From: a virus
Virus record (IMG/VR): IMGVR_UViG_3300025005_000002
Coordinates: 1 to 64,000 of that record
Length of the DNA stretch: 64,000 nucleotides
Strand: one strand, 5' to 3'
The first letter of the stretch is position 1; each line of letters opens with the position of its first letter. The notes beneath the pieces were generated by a model. It was not told where the DNA came from. It worked only from the letters and a program-made list of their open reading frames with translations, and searched no databases. The position numbers and the translations under genes were made by a program. Below, one piece after another: positions 51,640 to 60,782 of this stretch.

Positions 51640-51848
51640 CCGTCTTCCGCGTTAAAGGAGAATGGGGATGTCTGAAATAAAGATTAGTTGTAATCAACAA
51701 GTTACGGCATTCCTTTACCAAGCCATGATGTATTTGAATCGTCGGCGGCATATGTCCCTTGCTCTGACAACCAATTTTCGCATAAGGGTAAGGCTACACA
51801 ATTTGTGGCAAAGGGTACACGGGTTATCATAACATGAGAGGAGAAAAT

Positions 51849-52103
51849 ATGAAAATAAGAAAGGGTGATATATATGAGGATTGTGCGTTTCACCCGGTGA
51901 GGTGCGAGTATATAAATGGCGATGATATCGAAGGGGTGTCATTACTTGATGGGTCCCGACCGCGCAGATGCAGTATACGGCATTGTGGGGTACGCAAAAT
52001 GACCAAGGATGAAGCGGCAGGTACAATTGCGATTTATGGGCAAGGAGGGGAGCAGGGTTTGTGGGAATATAAAAAACAACAAAGGAGTAACAAAGTAAAA
52101 TGA
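51849..52103 (+). CDS. Cys/His-rich hypothetical protein
   Basis: GAGGAG RBS; YEDCAFHPVRC...CSIRHCG. Confidence 0.6.
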   Translation: MKIRKGDIYEDCAFHPVRCEYINGDDIEGVSLLDGSRPRRCSIRHCGVRKMTKDEAAGTIAIYGQGGEQGLWEYKKQQRSNKVK

Positions 52104-52336
52104 GAAAATTTGGTCCAAAATCGGCAGATCACCCTAGTGTAGGAGAGATATGTAGGGCCTGTCATAAACCGTTTGTTGCAGGAGATTTCACAACCCTAAT
52201 TGCACTTGGACCTGGGGATGATCCTGAGGCACAGACCAGCGCAAGAGAAGGAAGACCATATAATGCGGTCGCCATTGAGGTGCATTTTGCTTGCGCGGGT
52301 GGTACGATAAAGAGGTATGGGAAAAATAATGCCTGA
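52100..52336 (+). CDS. Zn-binding hypothetical protein
   Basis: CRAC...HFAC; coupled to the upstream gene. Confidence 0.6.
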   Translation: MRKFGPKSADHPSVGEICRACHKPFVAGDFTTLIALGPGDDPEAQTSAREGRPYNAVAIEVHFACAGGTIKRYGKNNA

Positions 52337-52652
52337 TATCGATGGGTACCCAATGGATGCAGAATTAAAAAAGATTAATGAATGGCCAATCAGTGATAAT
52401 TATACAGAATTCTTCGCATTTGTTAAATCCTGTTGGCATTACGCAGACTGGGGATGGAGAGAAGAAGATACTACGGATGAATTATTTGATCGGCCAGTGC
52501 ATCGGTATAGTATATCAACTGGTGGGTGGTCTGGGAATGAGGATATCATACAGGCCATGGAGGGAAATCAATTAGTATGGGCAATGACGTGGGTGCAGTC
52601 GAGACGCGGAGGGCATTTTATTTTCCAGGAATGGAGGGTAAATGAAAAATAA
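52329..52652 (+). CDS. Conserved phage hypothetical protein
   Basis: DGYP...ISTGGWSGNE...W..SRRGGH pattern familiar from phage proteins. Confidence 0.65.
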   Translation: MPDIDGYPMDAELKKINEWPISDNYTEFFAFVKSCWHYADWGWREEDTTDELFDRPVHRYSISTGGWSGNEDIIQAMEGNQLVWAMTWVQSRRGGHFIFQEWRVNEK

Positions 52653-52890
52653 GACAAAAAAGGTACTTGATGAATTTTATTATCATGAAGCACTTGATCG
52701 AACCCATCTTATCTTAGAAATATTCACAGATTTTGTTGTAGAGCATCCAACAATAACAAGTAATATAGATCTTCATGGTTTAGCAGAAACTATCGGGGAT
52801 GATCTTGCAGAATTATACCAAAGGATTGGTGCGAAAAGGTTTGAGATTTTCCCGTCTCCAATCACCAAAAAGGTAAAGAAAAAGAAGTAA
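52642..52890 (+). CDS. Hypothetical protein
   Basis: GGAGG RBS; HEALDR...V.EHP. Confidence 0.6.
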   Translation: MKNKTKKVLDEFYYHEALDRTHLILEIFTDFVVEHPTITSNIDLHGLAETIGDDLAELYQRIGAKRFEIFPSPITKKVKKKK

Positions 52891-52943
52891 AAATATTGGA
52901 AATCACTAGTAGTACTTCGAATTAATTCTGTGAGGGTACCTTA

Positions 52944-54513
52944 GTGCATAAATCAATAGTAAAAAGGCATAATTTACTTAGGGTAATACAAATGGTATAT
53001 TCGGGCTTATTTGCCATATACAAAAATCAAAGATTATTTAGTAAAAGTGTATATATGAAAATATTGATGGCAGATTGGGAGCTTAGTAAGCTGAGGGCCA
53101 GTATTGGTAAGAGAGGAAAAGATGCCTAGAGATATAAAGAAACGCCAATATATGGTACAAGTATTAGATAATATTAGTTTTACAATGCGATATTATCAAT
53201 ATTTATATTGGGACTCAATGGGTACACGCGAATTACATAGTAGATTAGCACGTGTGTATAATTCTGTAATTATTATGTTATGGGAATAAAATTAATCGTA
53301 AAACAAGGTGATGTATTATATCAAGTACAAAACGCAACAATTATTTCTAATGAGGAAGATATTATAATATTTTCAGATGTATTGTTTGATAAATGTTATG
53401 ATTTATATGGGTGTATATTTTATATATTATATCCAATAGGAACAGGTAGGATTAAATGATATATAAACACCATTATTTAGAAGCAGTTATAATACAAATA
53501 AACGCATGCAAACGTAATTTGGAAGGATTTAATCACCCCAATGATAATAAAGGTATACCATATAAGCGATTGATGAAACTTTATGGTAAGATATTATGTA
53601 TAATTTATAGGTGAAATATGCCAGATATTAAGGTAACAAAATATCACATTAAAATAGCAGTAACGTTTTTAATGTTTCAATATTTGCGTGATGTGAAAGA
53701 GGCCATTAAAAGCAAACATACCAGAAACAAGATAGACAAATTAATACAAAATCTATGGGACATACAAAAGGATACAAATAATAATATCCACCGAGGAAAT
53801 GATGAGCAAATCTAATGATATTCGGCAATTTTATTTATTTGACGCAGGGCTTAGTATTATCGAAGCCCGTACCCTGTACGTGGTAGTTAAAATAATTATA
53901 GTAATTATTTATATGTGCGGATGACTATATTGATAAGTGATATATCCCAATTGGCCACAACAAAATAATGTCACATTTAATTACTTTGGTTAGGAAATGG
54001 GAAGATATGGCGAATAAATGGAATAAAATGATACAAGATAAAAATATAGAAGAAGGGAGTGAAAAAAGGGTGTACCTTTTTGTTAGGTTTGCTAGTTTGG
54101 TGGGTAATTATTTACATCGGGCCCAAAAACTATGAATCATTTAAAGCATGATGCGATTAACAAATTAACATGGGAAATGGTATATGCTAATGAGGCATGC
54201 ATAAAGTGTGACTTGATGGATTTGTTTAAAAAGATTGGCGCACTGAGGTGGGAAATTTGGAGAACAACTGCGTTGGTATATAATAACCACAGGGATAAAA
54301 TAGATCATGAATAATAATAAAAATTTCAACTCGGTTCAGTGGTTTTCATTTGGGCAGATGATGGGTGAACTAATACGAGTAGTAGAGTTTATAGAATTGG
54401 TTATTAATAATAAAGCATTAAGTAAAAAAATTCAAAATTTGGCAAACTATTCTTATGAACTAGCACACGAGGTTCAAGATGAGCGGCAAAATAATAAAAG
54501 AAAGGTGGTGTGA
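52944..54513 (+). other. Array 2 of AT-rich helical mini-ORFs
   Basis: 52944-53129, 53104-53289, 53618-53815, 54132-54314, 54307-54513 plus shorter ORFs in between. Confidence 0.5.
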
Positions 54514-55440
54514 ATGCAGGAATTACCGGCAGAAAAGATTGCCCAGTTAAGAGAGCATTTTATTAAGATAAGCTGTCAACCAAGGCAAGAAATAATTAAT
54601 AAGATCGCTAGACAAATGTCAAATTTGGATATTGAAATTTTGGAGTGCCAGAAGGCATTAGTAGCCCGAATAAGAGAGCTGGAGGTTAAGAAATTTGAGT
54701 ATGACGCAATGCAGATCAAACCATCGGCAGAACTTAAGGGTGCGGAATTTGACAATTTGCTCCTTCATCCTGATATTGAAAATATTGAATTTGAGGGGTA
54801 TGGGATTATAGTAACCACAAAGCCAATCAAGATTGAGTATGGCGGGGAAATATATTTTATTGGTCGATTTAATATATATCTTGAAACAAATGGTGGTATT
54901 GGGTGGTTGTTAAGGTTTAAGAATTTAGATCAAAATATATTTGGTCATCCCCATCCGCATATGCAAACAAATGGGGTACCATGTCTGGGGAATATTAAGG
55001 AATGTATGCCCCATATGATAGGTGCCAATCAGTTTGCTGCGGCGATTAATGTTGCCATTCAATATTTAAAGTCATATTCAGATTCAGATCAATATGGGAA
55101 ACCTTATGTTATATTGGAAAACTGGCCCAAAATAAAACGAGAAAAGGAGAAAGTCGATGAAGTTAGCCGAGGCGTTGATCGAGCGGAAGGGATTACAGAA
55201 GAAGATCGAGCGATTATCGGAGCGGTTGGTGAACAATGCCAAGACTCAGGAGGGGGAAACGCCCTCCGAGAATCCCCTGGAGTTGATCAAAGAGATCAAC
55301 GGGACGAACGAGGAACTGACGCATCTGATCATAGAGATCAACAAGACGAACGCCCTGGTATACTTGAACCCAGCGCAAATGCCGGTGGTGACGCTGGCCG
55401 ATGCGTTGGCCAAGAGGGATGGGATCGCGAAGAAGCGTAA
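54514..55440 (+). CDS. Coiled coil + E2/UBC-like domain protein (paralog 1)
   Basis: HPHMQTNGVPCLG matches the E2 HPN-x7-C spacing; colinear with 63042-63911; 3' part overlaps the next gene. Confidence 0.65.
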   Translation: MQELPAEKIAQLREHFIKISCQPRQEIINKIARQMSNLDIEILECQKALVARIRELEVKKFEYDAMQIKPSAELKGAEFDNLLLHPDIENIEFEGYGIIVTTKPIKIEYGGEIYFIGRFNIYLETNGGIGWLLRFKNLDQNIFGHPHPHMQTNGVPCLGNIKECMPHMIGANQFAAAINVAIQYLKSYSDSDQYGKPYVILENWPKIKREKEKVDEVSRGVDRAEGITEEDRAIIGAVGEQCQDSGGGNALRESPGVDQRDQRDERGTDASDHRDQQDERPGILEPSANAGGDAGRCVGQEGWDREEA

Positions 55441-55630
55441 TATACTGGCGAAGTTCGCGGAAGCAGCGACAGAACCAGTGAGGGCGTATGGACGGTTGGA
55501 AGTGAAATATATCCGTACGATGAATATACCGGCGATTCAGAAAGAGATCGATGCTCTCGCCGCCGAGTATAATGCGTTAGATGCGAAGATCCAGGGAAAG
55601 AATTGGGAGATTGACCTGGTAGTGGACTGA
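55157..55630 (+). CDS. DIP1984-family (DUF6847-like) coiled-coil protein
   Basis: MKLAEALIER..LQKKI..L..RL..NAK.QEGE.P.E.P...I...NW signature; AAGGAG RBS. Confidence 0.8.
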   Translation: MKLAEALIERKGLQKKIERLSERLVNNAKTQEGETPSENPLELIKEINGTNEELTHLIIEINKTNALVYLNPAQMPVVTLADALAKRDGIAKKRNILAKFAEAATEPVRAYGRLEVKYIRTMNIPAIQKEIDALAAEYNALDAKIQGKNWEIDLVVD

Positions 55631-55632
55631 TA

Positions 55633-55824
55633 ATGGAAAAGTTGTTACCGTGCCCATTTTGTGGAGGGAAAGGGTTGATGGGTGAATTTCCAGTGTCCGG
55701 GCGTGACGAAAAACAATATTCCATTCGCTGTCGTTCGTGTGCTTGTGAGGGTGGATGGGGTAAAAGTAAGACTGGGGCCATAAAGTGGTGGAATATGCGC
55801 ACTCCATTGAAAGGAGATGAGTAA
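55633..55824 (+). CDS. Lar-family restriction alleviation protein
   Basis: LLPCPFCGG...CRSC...AIKWWNMR. Confidence 0.75.
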   Translation: MEKLLPCPFCGGKGLMGEFPVSGRDEKQYSIRCRSCACEGGWGKSKTGAIKWWNMRTPLKGDE

Positions 55825-56057
55825 TGACATTTCCATGCAAAGAATGCGGGCTATTAAAGAGTCGATCGACAGCAAAGTGGCCTGAATTGGAGATTGCGTT
55901 CAAGAATGAAGTTCATGACCGGGCAAGAGAGATCGACCCTGAGCAGGAACGAGACTGGTTTAATATAACAATGGGGTGGTGCATAGCAAAGGGCGAACCA
56001 CCTGCAGGTGCGTATGCTTTTGCGTGCCACATTCGGTATCACACGGATTTAGGATAA
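55824..56057 (+). CDS. Hypothetical protein
   Basis: GGAG RBS; coupled ORF. Confidence 0.6.
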   Translation: MTFPCKECGLLKSRSTAKWPELEIAFKNEVHDRAREIDPEQERDWFNITMGWCIAKGEPPAGAYAFACHIRYHTDLG

Positions 56058-56063
56058 TACAAA

Positions 56064-56138
56064 TATGAGAGGACAGCGACAGGTGCGGTTGTCGTGCGTG
56101 GATCGAACCGCAAATTCTTGCCACGCAGTCCTCTCATA
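56064..56138 (+). ncRNA. Predicted three-way-junction RNA with loop-loop pseudoknot
   Basis: 11-bp P1 56064-56074/56128-56138; P2 56076-56095; P3 56096-56126; loops tgcggt/accgca complementary; strand assumed. Confidence 0.5.
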
Positions 56139-56141
56139 GAG

Positions 56142-56382
56142 TAGCACCAAGAAGGTAGCCTTAATGTTACACACAACGGGAATGTACCCAACACTCTGGT
56201 GGGCAAAGGGAGGCCCTGACGGAACCGAAATCCGTTTACTGTTTCTCCCAGTACGATCTCACATCTTTACAGCTTAAAGGGTCACTGTCACTTTCCCAAC
56301 GTGTATAATATTCAAGGTGAGGGCGGGTATGGGGGACTCTTGCTTCGATGAGGAACAAAGAAACAAGGGTCGCTTGGTGCTA
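56142..56382 (+). ncRNA. Structured element copy 1 (unknown family)
   Basis: Closing stem tagcaccaag/cttggtgcta; long stem 56159-56174/56301-56317; blocks shared with copy 2. Confidence 0.6.
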
Positions 56383-56396
56383 TAAAAGGGGTTGAT

Positions 56397-56945
56397 ATGA
56401 AAATTTGTTCTCATTGTAAAATTGAAAAACCTAGGAGTGAATTTCATAAACACAAAGCAAATAAAGATGGGTTAAACTATTGGTGTAAACCCTGCAATCG
56501 CACAGCAATTGGACAGTACCGGGCCACACCAAAGGGGGAAGAAGTAAAGAGAAAAATCAAGAAGAAGTACCGGACTACACCAAAGGGGAAAGAAGAAAAG
56601 AAAAAATCAGACAAGAAATACTGGGTTACACCAAATGGGAAATTATCTAAAAGAAAAGGAAAACTAAAACAAAAGTATAATATTACTCTTAAGGATTACG
56701 ATAAGATGTTAGAGACTCAAGGTGGGGTTTGCGCCATTTGTGGTACTGATAAACCAGGAGTTGGGTTTAATCATTTTCTTGTAGATCACGACCATAAAAC
56801 TGGTAAAGTTAGAGGTTTGCTTTGCAATATATGTAATATAATATTAGAGTATCCAAATGGACCTATTATGGATGGCATTCGATCCGCTTCTGTTGATTTA
56901 ACTGAGAGATATCTAAATATTATTAAGTATTTAAATAACAGATAA
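56397..56945 (+). CDS. HNH endonuclease, endonuclease VII type
   Basis: N-terminal CxxC...CxxC; KYNITLKDYDKMLETQGGVCAICG...VDHDHKTGKVRGLLCNICN. Confidence 0.85.
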   Translation: MKICSHCKIEKPRSEFHKHKANKDGLNYWCKPCNRTAIGQYRATPKGEEVKRKIKKKYRTTPKGKEEKKKSDKKYWVTPNGKLSKRKGKLKQKYNITLKDYDKMLETQGGVCAICGTDKPGVGFNHFLVDHDHKTGKVRGLLCNICNIILEYPNGPIMDGIRSASVDLTERYLNIIKYLNNR

Positions 56946-57146
56946 CGCCAAGCAGGTAGCCTTAATGTTGTATGTGATAAGGGATAAAAACTTGACAGGG
57001 GAAAAGGGGAGCCCATGCGGGCCTTAAATCCGCTTACTATAATTCCCTATACGATCTCACATGTCACAGTTTAACCCTAGGGTATGTCATTGTTATCTTC
57101 CCAACGCATATAATATTCAAGGTGAGGGTGGGGCAGGGGGCTGGCG
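56946..57146 (+). ncRNA. Structured element copy 2 (unknown family)
   Basis: Long stem 56960-56976/57105-57122 with compensatory changes relative to copy 1; shared tacgatctcacat and tataatattcaaggtgaggg. Confidence 0.6.
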
Positions 57147-57175
57147 CTGCAAAATAAATAAGGAGGGGAAAAATA

Positions 57176-57466
57176 ATGCAACCCAGTGATTGGACTTTTG
57201 ATGTAAGGGATATGGGGCAATTTGCATATATTATTTTCGCCCATAAGATTGACAAAGCAAAAGTGTTTGGGGCAGAAGGACTCAAGATGGTAAGAGACCT
57301 ACTTGGTCCAGTATCAGAATTGGTCGAAAATGTTATTTCAATACAGATGATTGAAAAGGTGGTTCCAATTCTTGAGTTTCATGGATTTCAACAAGGTGGA
57401 AATGCTACTAAGTTGATGTATTATTTTGAAGGTGAAGGATATTTTTTACCACCAGGTGAAGAATGA
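57176..57466 (+). CDS. Hypothetical protein
   Basis: AAGGAGG RBS; 96 aa. Confidence 0.6.
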   Translation: MQPSDWTFDVRDMGQFAYIIFAHKIDKAKVFGAEGLKMVRDLLGPVSELVENVISIQMIEKVVPILEFHGFQQGGNATKLMYYFEGEGYFLPPGEE

Positions 57467-57693
57467 GATACCCAACGCTGATAGAGGTAGAACTTGCTAA
57501 CCATGAACAGATTTGCGAGTGGTGGAGGTTTCTGGAGTCACCAGGAATGAGTGCAATTGATCTGGGTAGAGAAGAATTTAAGATTGTTGGTGAAAAAGAA
57601 TTAGCGATAATGACCAGGATTGGGGAAAGATTAAAGGAATTTGGTGGGTTTACTCCTAAAATATCAAAAAGTATTGGATGGATAAAAAGATAA
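57463..57693 (+). CDS. Hypothetical protein
   Basis: ATGA-coupled; ends GGFTPKISKSIGW. Confidence 0.65.
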   Translation: MRYPTLIEVELANHEQICEWWRFLESPGMSAIDLGREEFKIVGEKELAIMTRIGERLKEFGGFTPKISKSIGWIKR

Positions 57694-57719
57694 ATATTTC
57701 CGTTTAAAAAGAGGAAATA

Positions 57720-57917
57720 ATGTGCACTAAACGTTTACAAGCTATAGAGGTTAGGAATCAATTATCAAATTTTTTAACATATCTTACATATTATCACAGC
57801 ACAGGGTCTTTTCTACTTGCAAAAAGAGCTATGGATTTGTGGGGGTTTCTCTTTAGGGATGTAGTATTGGGTGGTAGATATAAAATCTACATAAGGATAC
57901 AAAATCTTGAGAGATAG
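57720..57917 (+). CDS. Helical mini-protein
   Basis: Same pattern as arrays 1 and 2. Confidence 0.45.
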   Translation: MCTKRLQAIEVRNQLSNFLTYLTYYHSTGSFLLAKRAMDLWGFLFRDVVLGGRYKIYIRIQNLER

Positions 57918-58087
57918 ATATATGTCCTGGGTTACCCTCTGTTTATTAAGTCTTTACCAAGCAGAGGACAAATTATTACAGATAAGAGAGATAACCCATA
58001 TAAGGATTAAGATTGCCAAATTACGGACAGCGATGTGGGATTTGAAACAGGGGTAAAATAATCATAGACCCAGCGGGTTAGGGAGGG

Positions 58088-58444
58088 ATGATGAGAGAGG
58101 AATTAAAAGGTAAGGGTGTAGAATTGACGCTAAAACACCCAAAGGTGGATGGTGGAGTTCAGACATATCGCACTGAAGATGGTTGGGAGATGATAGTAAT
58201 GCTTGGCAAGAAAGAGGGTGAGAGTTATCAAATGCATCGAATGATGATGACTGGGCCAGCTTTGGTTGAAGAATTAATAACTAGCTTCATAAAAGAATGT
58301 CCAGAAATGGCAATGCCGATAGTTGGCAAAGCATTGTTGGGGCAGTTGAAAGAACATGTGGGTCAGGTATTGGCTGGCGACGAGCCCAATGACAAATCAT
58401 CTATGAGTAATAATGAACCTCCCCCAGGAACGAAATTTAATTAA
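58088..58444 (+). CDS. Hypothetical protein
   Basis: GGGAGG RBS; ends PPPGTKFN. Confidence 0.6.
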   Translation: MMREELKGKGVELTLKHPKVDGGVQTYRTEDGWEMIVMLGKKEGESYQMHRMMMTGPALVEELITSFIKECPEMAMPIVGKALLGQLKEHVGQVLAGDEPNDKSSMSNNEPPPGTKFN

Positions 58445-58532
58445 GGAGGATACAATGACGCATACCACTTTTGGTGATGTAGTCGGGGCATTTTCGATTG
58501 TAGTACTTGCGTGGTTGTTGTTTCATTGTTAA

Positions 58533-58727
58533 ATGAAAGATTTTGTGGGTATTAATGACAAATTTATGTTTAAAGTGCAAACACAGTTATATACTAAAAA
58601 TAAAGTACAAGCCAATGCAAGGGGTGATATTTTAGACAAAATTGGTTGGGTATTACAGCCAGATAACCAACCATATATATCACGAAGATTATTTAAAAAA
58701 ATAGCCACGTTGTATTTCTCTTTATGA
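58533..58727 (+). CDS. Helical mini-protein
   Basis: 64-aa AT-rich ORF. Confidence 0.4.
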   Translation: MKDFVGINDKFMFKVQTQLYTKNKVQANARGDILDKIGWVLQPDNQPYISRRLFKKIATLYFSL

Positions 58728-58930
58728 TCAAATCTAAAATGATGTATGATATTCAAGAATTACTTGGTTGTGTAATACGGAACTATAAGATGTATCATCA
58801 ACGTAATACCGGTATATATCTATATAATGAATATAGTAAATTATGGAGTAGACTGGCACATTTAAGAATGTTTATGTTTGGAAAATATAAAGATTATGAA
58901 GAAGAGGAAATTAATGACAAAAACAAATAA
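58724..58930 (+). CDS. Helical mini-protein
   Basis: ATGA-coupled 68-aa ORF. Confidence 0.45.
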   Translation: MIKSKMMYDIQELLGCVIRNYKMYHQRNTGIYLYNEYSKLWSRLAHLRMFMFGKYKDYEEEEINDKNK

Positions 58931-59348
58931 GGAACTAGGATATCATCAGTGTCCTGGTGTGCCAGAATTAATGCACAAGTGTTGTGCAAGATTAAGGTCT
59001 CGTATACACTGTGAACGATGTGAGAAAATAATTAAAGATGGGAAGGTGACAGTTGTTAGGCGTAGGAGATGCCCTGGGGTACCGGCTGTGGGTCATTCGT
59101 GTAACACTATGACCATCAAACCGCGTTGTCGTATATGTGATGGGATATATAATAAGCATCAGACATATCTAAAAAAGATTAGCAAAGAAAAGATCGAAAG
59201 GGTTTGTTTAAAATGTGATAGAAAATTTATTGCCAAAAATCGTTTCCTTCGTTTATGTGATGGTTGCCGTAGTGTTAATCGTTCATCTGAACATAGGGGG
59301 ATGGATGAAACTAGGTATTCCATAAGTTTTGGAGGGAGGGGAGGATGA
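58914..59348 (+). CDS. Cys-rich zinc-finger protein
   Basis: Duplicated CPGVP repeats and several CxxC pairs; GAGG RBS. Confidence 0.6.
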   Translation: MTKTNKELGYHQCPGVPELMHKCCARLRSRIHCERCEKIIKDGKVTVVRRRRCPGVPAVGHSCNTMTIKPRCRICDGIYNKHQTYLKKISKEKIERVCLKCDRKFIAKNRFLRLCDGCRSVNRSSEHRGMDETRYSISFGGRGG

Positions 59349-59349
59349 T

Positions 59350-59568
59350 ATGGCTAGTCCAGATGACATTAAGCGCGAAATAAAATATAATTATGAAGTA
59401 ATGAAGGAGCGGGTAAGGCTCAGGCAAATTAATGAATCTTGTATTTATCGAATTATTGAGGCACAGGCAAGAGCCGGGGCTAGTCTTTCAGGAATCCATG
59501 ATTATTGGGATGAGTATATGCCAGACGAATTATGGATAAAATATCATAGTGAAGGAGGTAGGTACTAG
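59350..59568 (+). CDS. Hypothetical protein
   Basis: GGAGG RBS. Confidence 0.5.
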   Translation: MASPDDIKREIKYNYEVMKERVRLRQINESCIYRIIEAQARAGASLSGIHDYWDEYMPDELWIKYHSEGGRY

Positions 59569-59734
59569 TGGAAAAAGAAGCACACATTAAGCGTCATAAA
59601 GAATTACACAAGGCTTTTGATGAATTACTTGCGGATTTTATTTTGCATATAGAAAAATTTTCTTTAGAAATATCTATCATGGAGTTGATGCAGTGGTCGC
59701 ATCAACAAACCATAAATCCTACGATAAAGGAGGA

Positions 59735-60124
59735 ATGATGTCATTCGAAGGTAGAGAGATAAAGATTTGTGATAATGGGCATTTAATAATCATTGAATGT
59801 AATTTATTTGCTGGTCCAGAACAGTGTTATTGTGGGGCCGAGATAAAATGGACTCGCATAATAGATGATACGAATTGTGAGGCGTATGGTTACTTCCCAA
59901 TTGAGTTCTTCAAGGTAAAGACACCGGTTGTCGAAGAAGTTTGCCCAACATGCAAACATGTGAAATTGATAGAGAATATGGGGTATGAAATCCCCACTTG
60001 TGTAAATTGTGGATCTCAAGAAATAAGAAGTGGTTTACATCAACCAGCTTATGGTGGGACGCCATTTGTTGGAGAGATCAAATGCGAAGCATGCGGGACC
60101 GTATTATTTAGCAGCCAACCCTAA
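59735..60124 (+). CDS. Multi-zinc-ribbon protein
   Basis: AGGAGG RBS; CDNGH, CYCG, CPTC, CVNC, CEAC. Confidence 0.65.
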   Translation: MMSFEGREIKICDNGHLIIIECNLFAGPEQCYCGAEIKWTRIIDDTNCEAYGYFPIEFFKVKTPVVEEVCPTCKHVKLIENMGYEIPTCVNCGSQEIRSGLHQPAYGGTPFVGEIKCEACGTVLFSSQP

Positions 60125-60155
60125 ATGCCCGTGCGGCAGAAAGTGAGGCTTACGG

Positions 60156-60368
60156 ATGGAAGAATGGCCGTCTAATGGGGCCAGGCCCAAAAGAATGGCA
60201 CAACGCAAATGTCTTAAATGTGATGTAGAATTTCAAGCAAAAGATAGGTTCCATCGTTTATGTGATCCATGCAAGTGTATAAACGCTGGTATTGCTGATG
60301 TTGAGATTGAACTCCCTGAGGAGTTGCTAAAAAAATTACGCTTTCATCACTACTATAGGAGGAAGTAA
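60156..60368 (+). CDS. Zinc-finger protein
   Basis: CLKCDVEF...RLCDPC, similar to the C-terminus of 58914-59348. Confidence 0.6.
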   Translation: MEEWPSNGARPKRMAQRKCLKCDVEFQAKDRFHRLCDPCKCINAGIADVEIELPEELLKKLRFHHYYRRK

Positions 60369-60763
60369 TGGGGAAAGAATATAAAGATGAGAAGATGGAT
60401 AAGGGAAAGGGGACAGACCTGGTAATATCTGTTCGCAATAAACTTACCAATGAAACGATTACGATGGACGCCGGAGAAGCTAACGAGCAATTTATTCTTA
60501 CTATGGTAAAAGCAAATGCGGATCGTGTGTTTATGGCAAAATCTTGTAGTTCGAAACTCTTGGTTGATCATCTCTTAAATGTTGTACAGGATAACAAGGA
60601 AGAGTTTATGATAGCCCTTGTTATTGCTACCACAACTGGAATGATTAATTTAAAAGAGATGAGTAAAAATATTAAGGTTCTTTCTATACCAATTGGTGAA
60701 GATGGCACTCCTAATTTCCCGAGCTTTGGCAACGATGACAAAAAGAAACCAACCTTTAACTAG
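60368..60763 (+). CDS. Hypothetical protein
   Basis: AGGAGG RBS; ends KKPTFN. Confidence 0.6.
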   Translation: MGKEYKDEKMDKGKGTDLVISVRNKLTNETITMDAGEANEQFILTMVKANADRVFMAKSCSSKLLVDHLLNVVQDNKEEFMIALVIATTTGMINLKEMSKNIKVLSIPIGEDGTPNFPSFGNDDKKKPTFN

Positions 60764-60782
60764 AAAGGGGAGGAAGCGTAGG

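Noticed and set aside
56142-57146. Group I intron, cobalamin/SAM/lysine riboswitch, tmRNA or IscB omegaRNA
   Set aside because: Only isolated words resemble these families (GGGAA, AAAUCC, GGG-CCC-UGA, GGGG..TTCGA). P7 GACUA/UAGUC, the B12 box, the tRNA-like ends and IscB/TnpB domains are absent
60693-60782. N-terminal extensions in the ORF track (60693, 18962, 38962, 38100, 37413)
   Set aside because: They overlap upstream genes; better RBS-ATG pairs or coupled starts lie downstream (60783, 19019, 39058, 38160, 37470)
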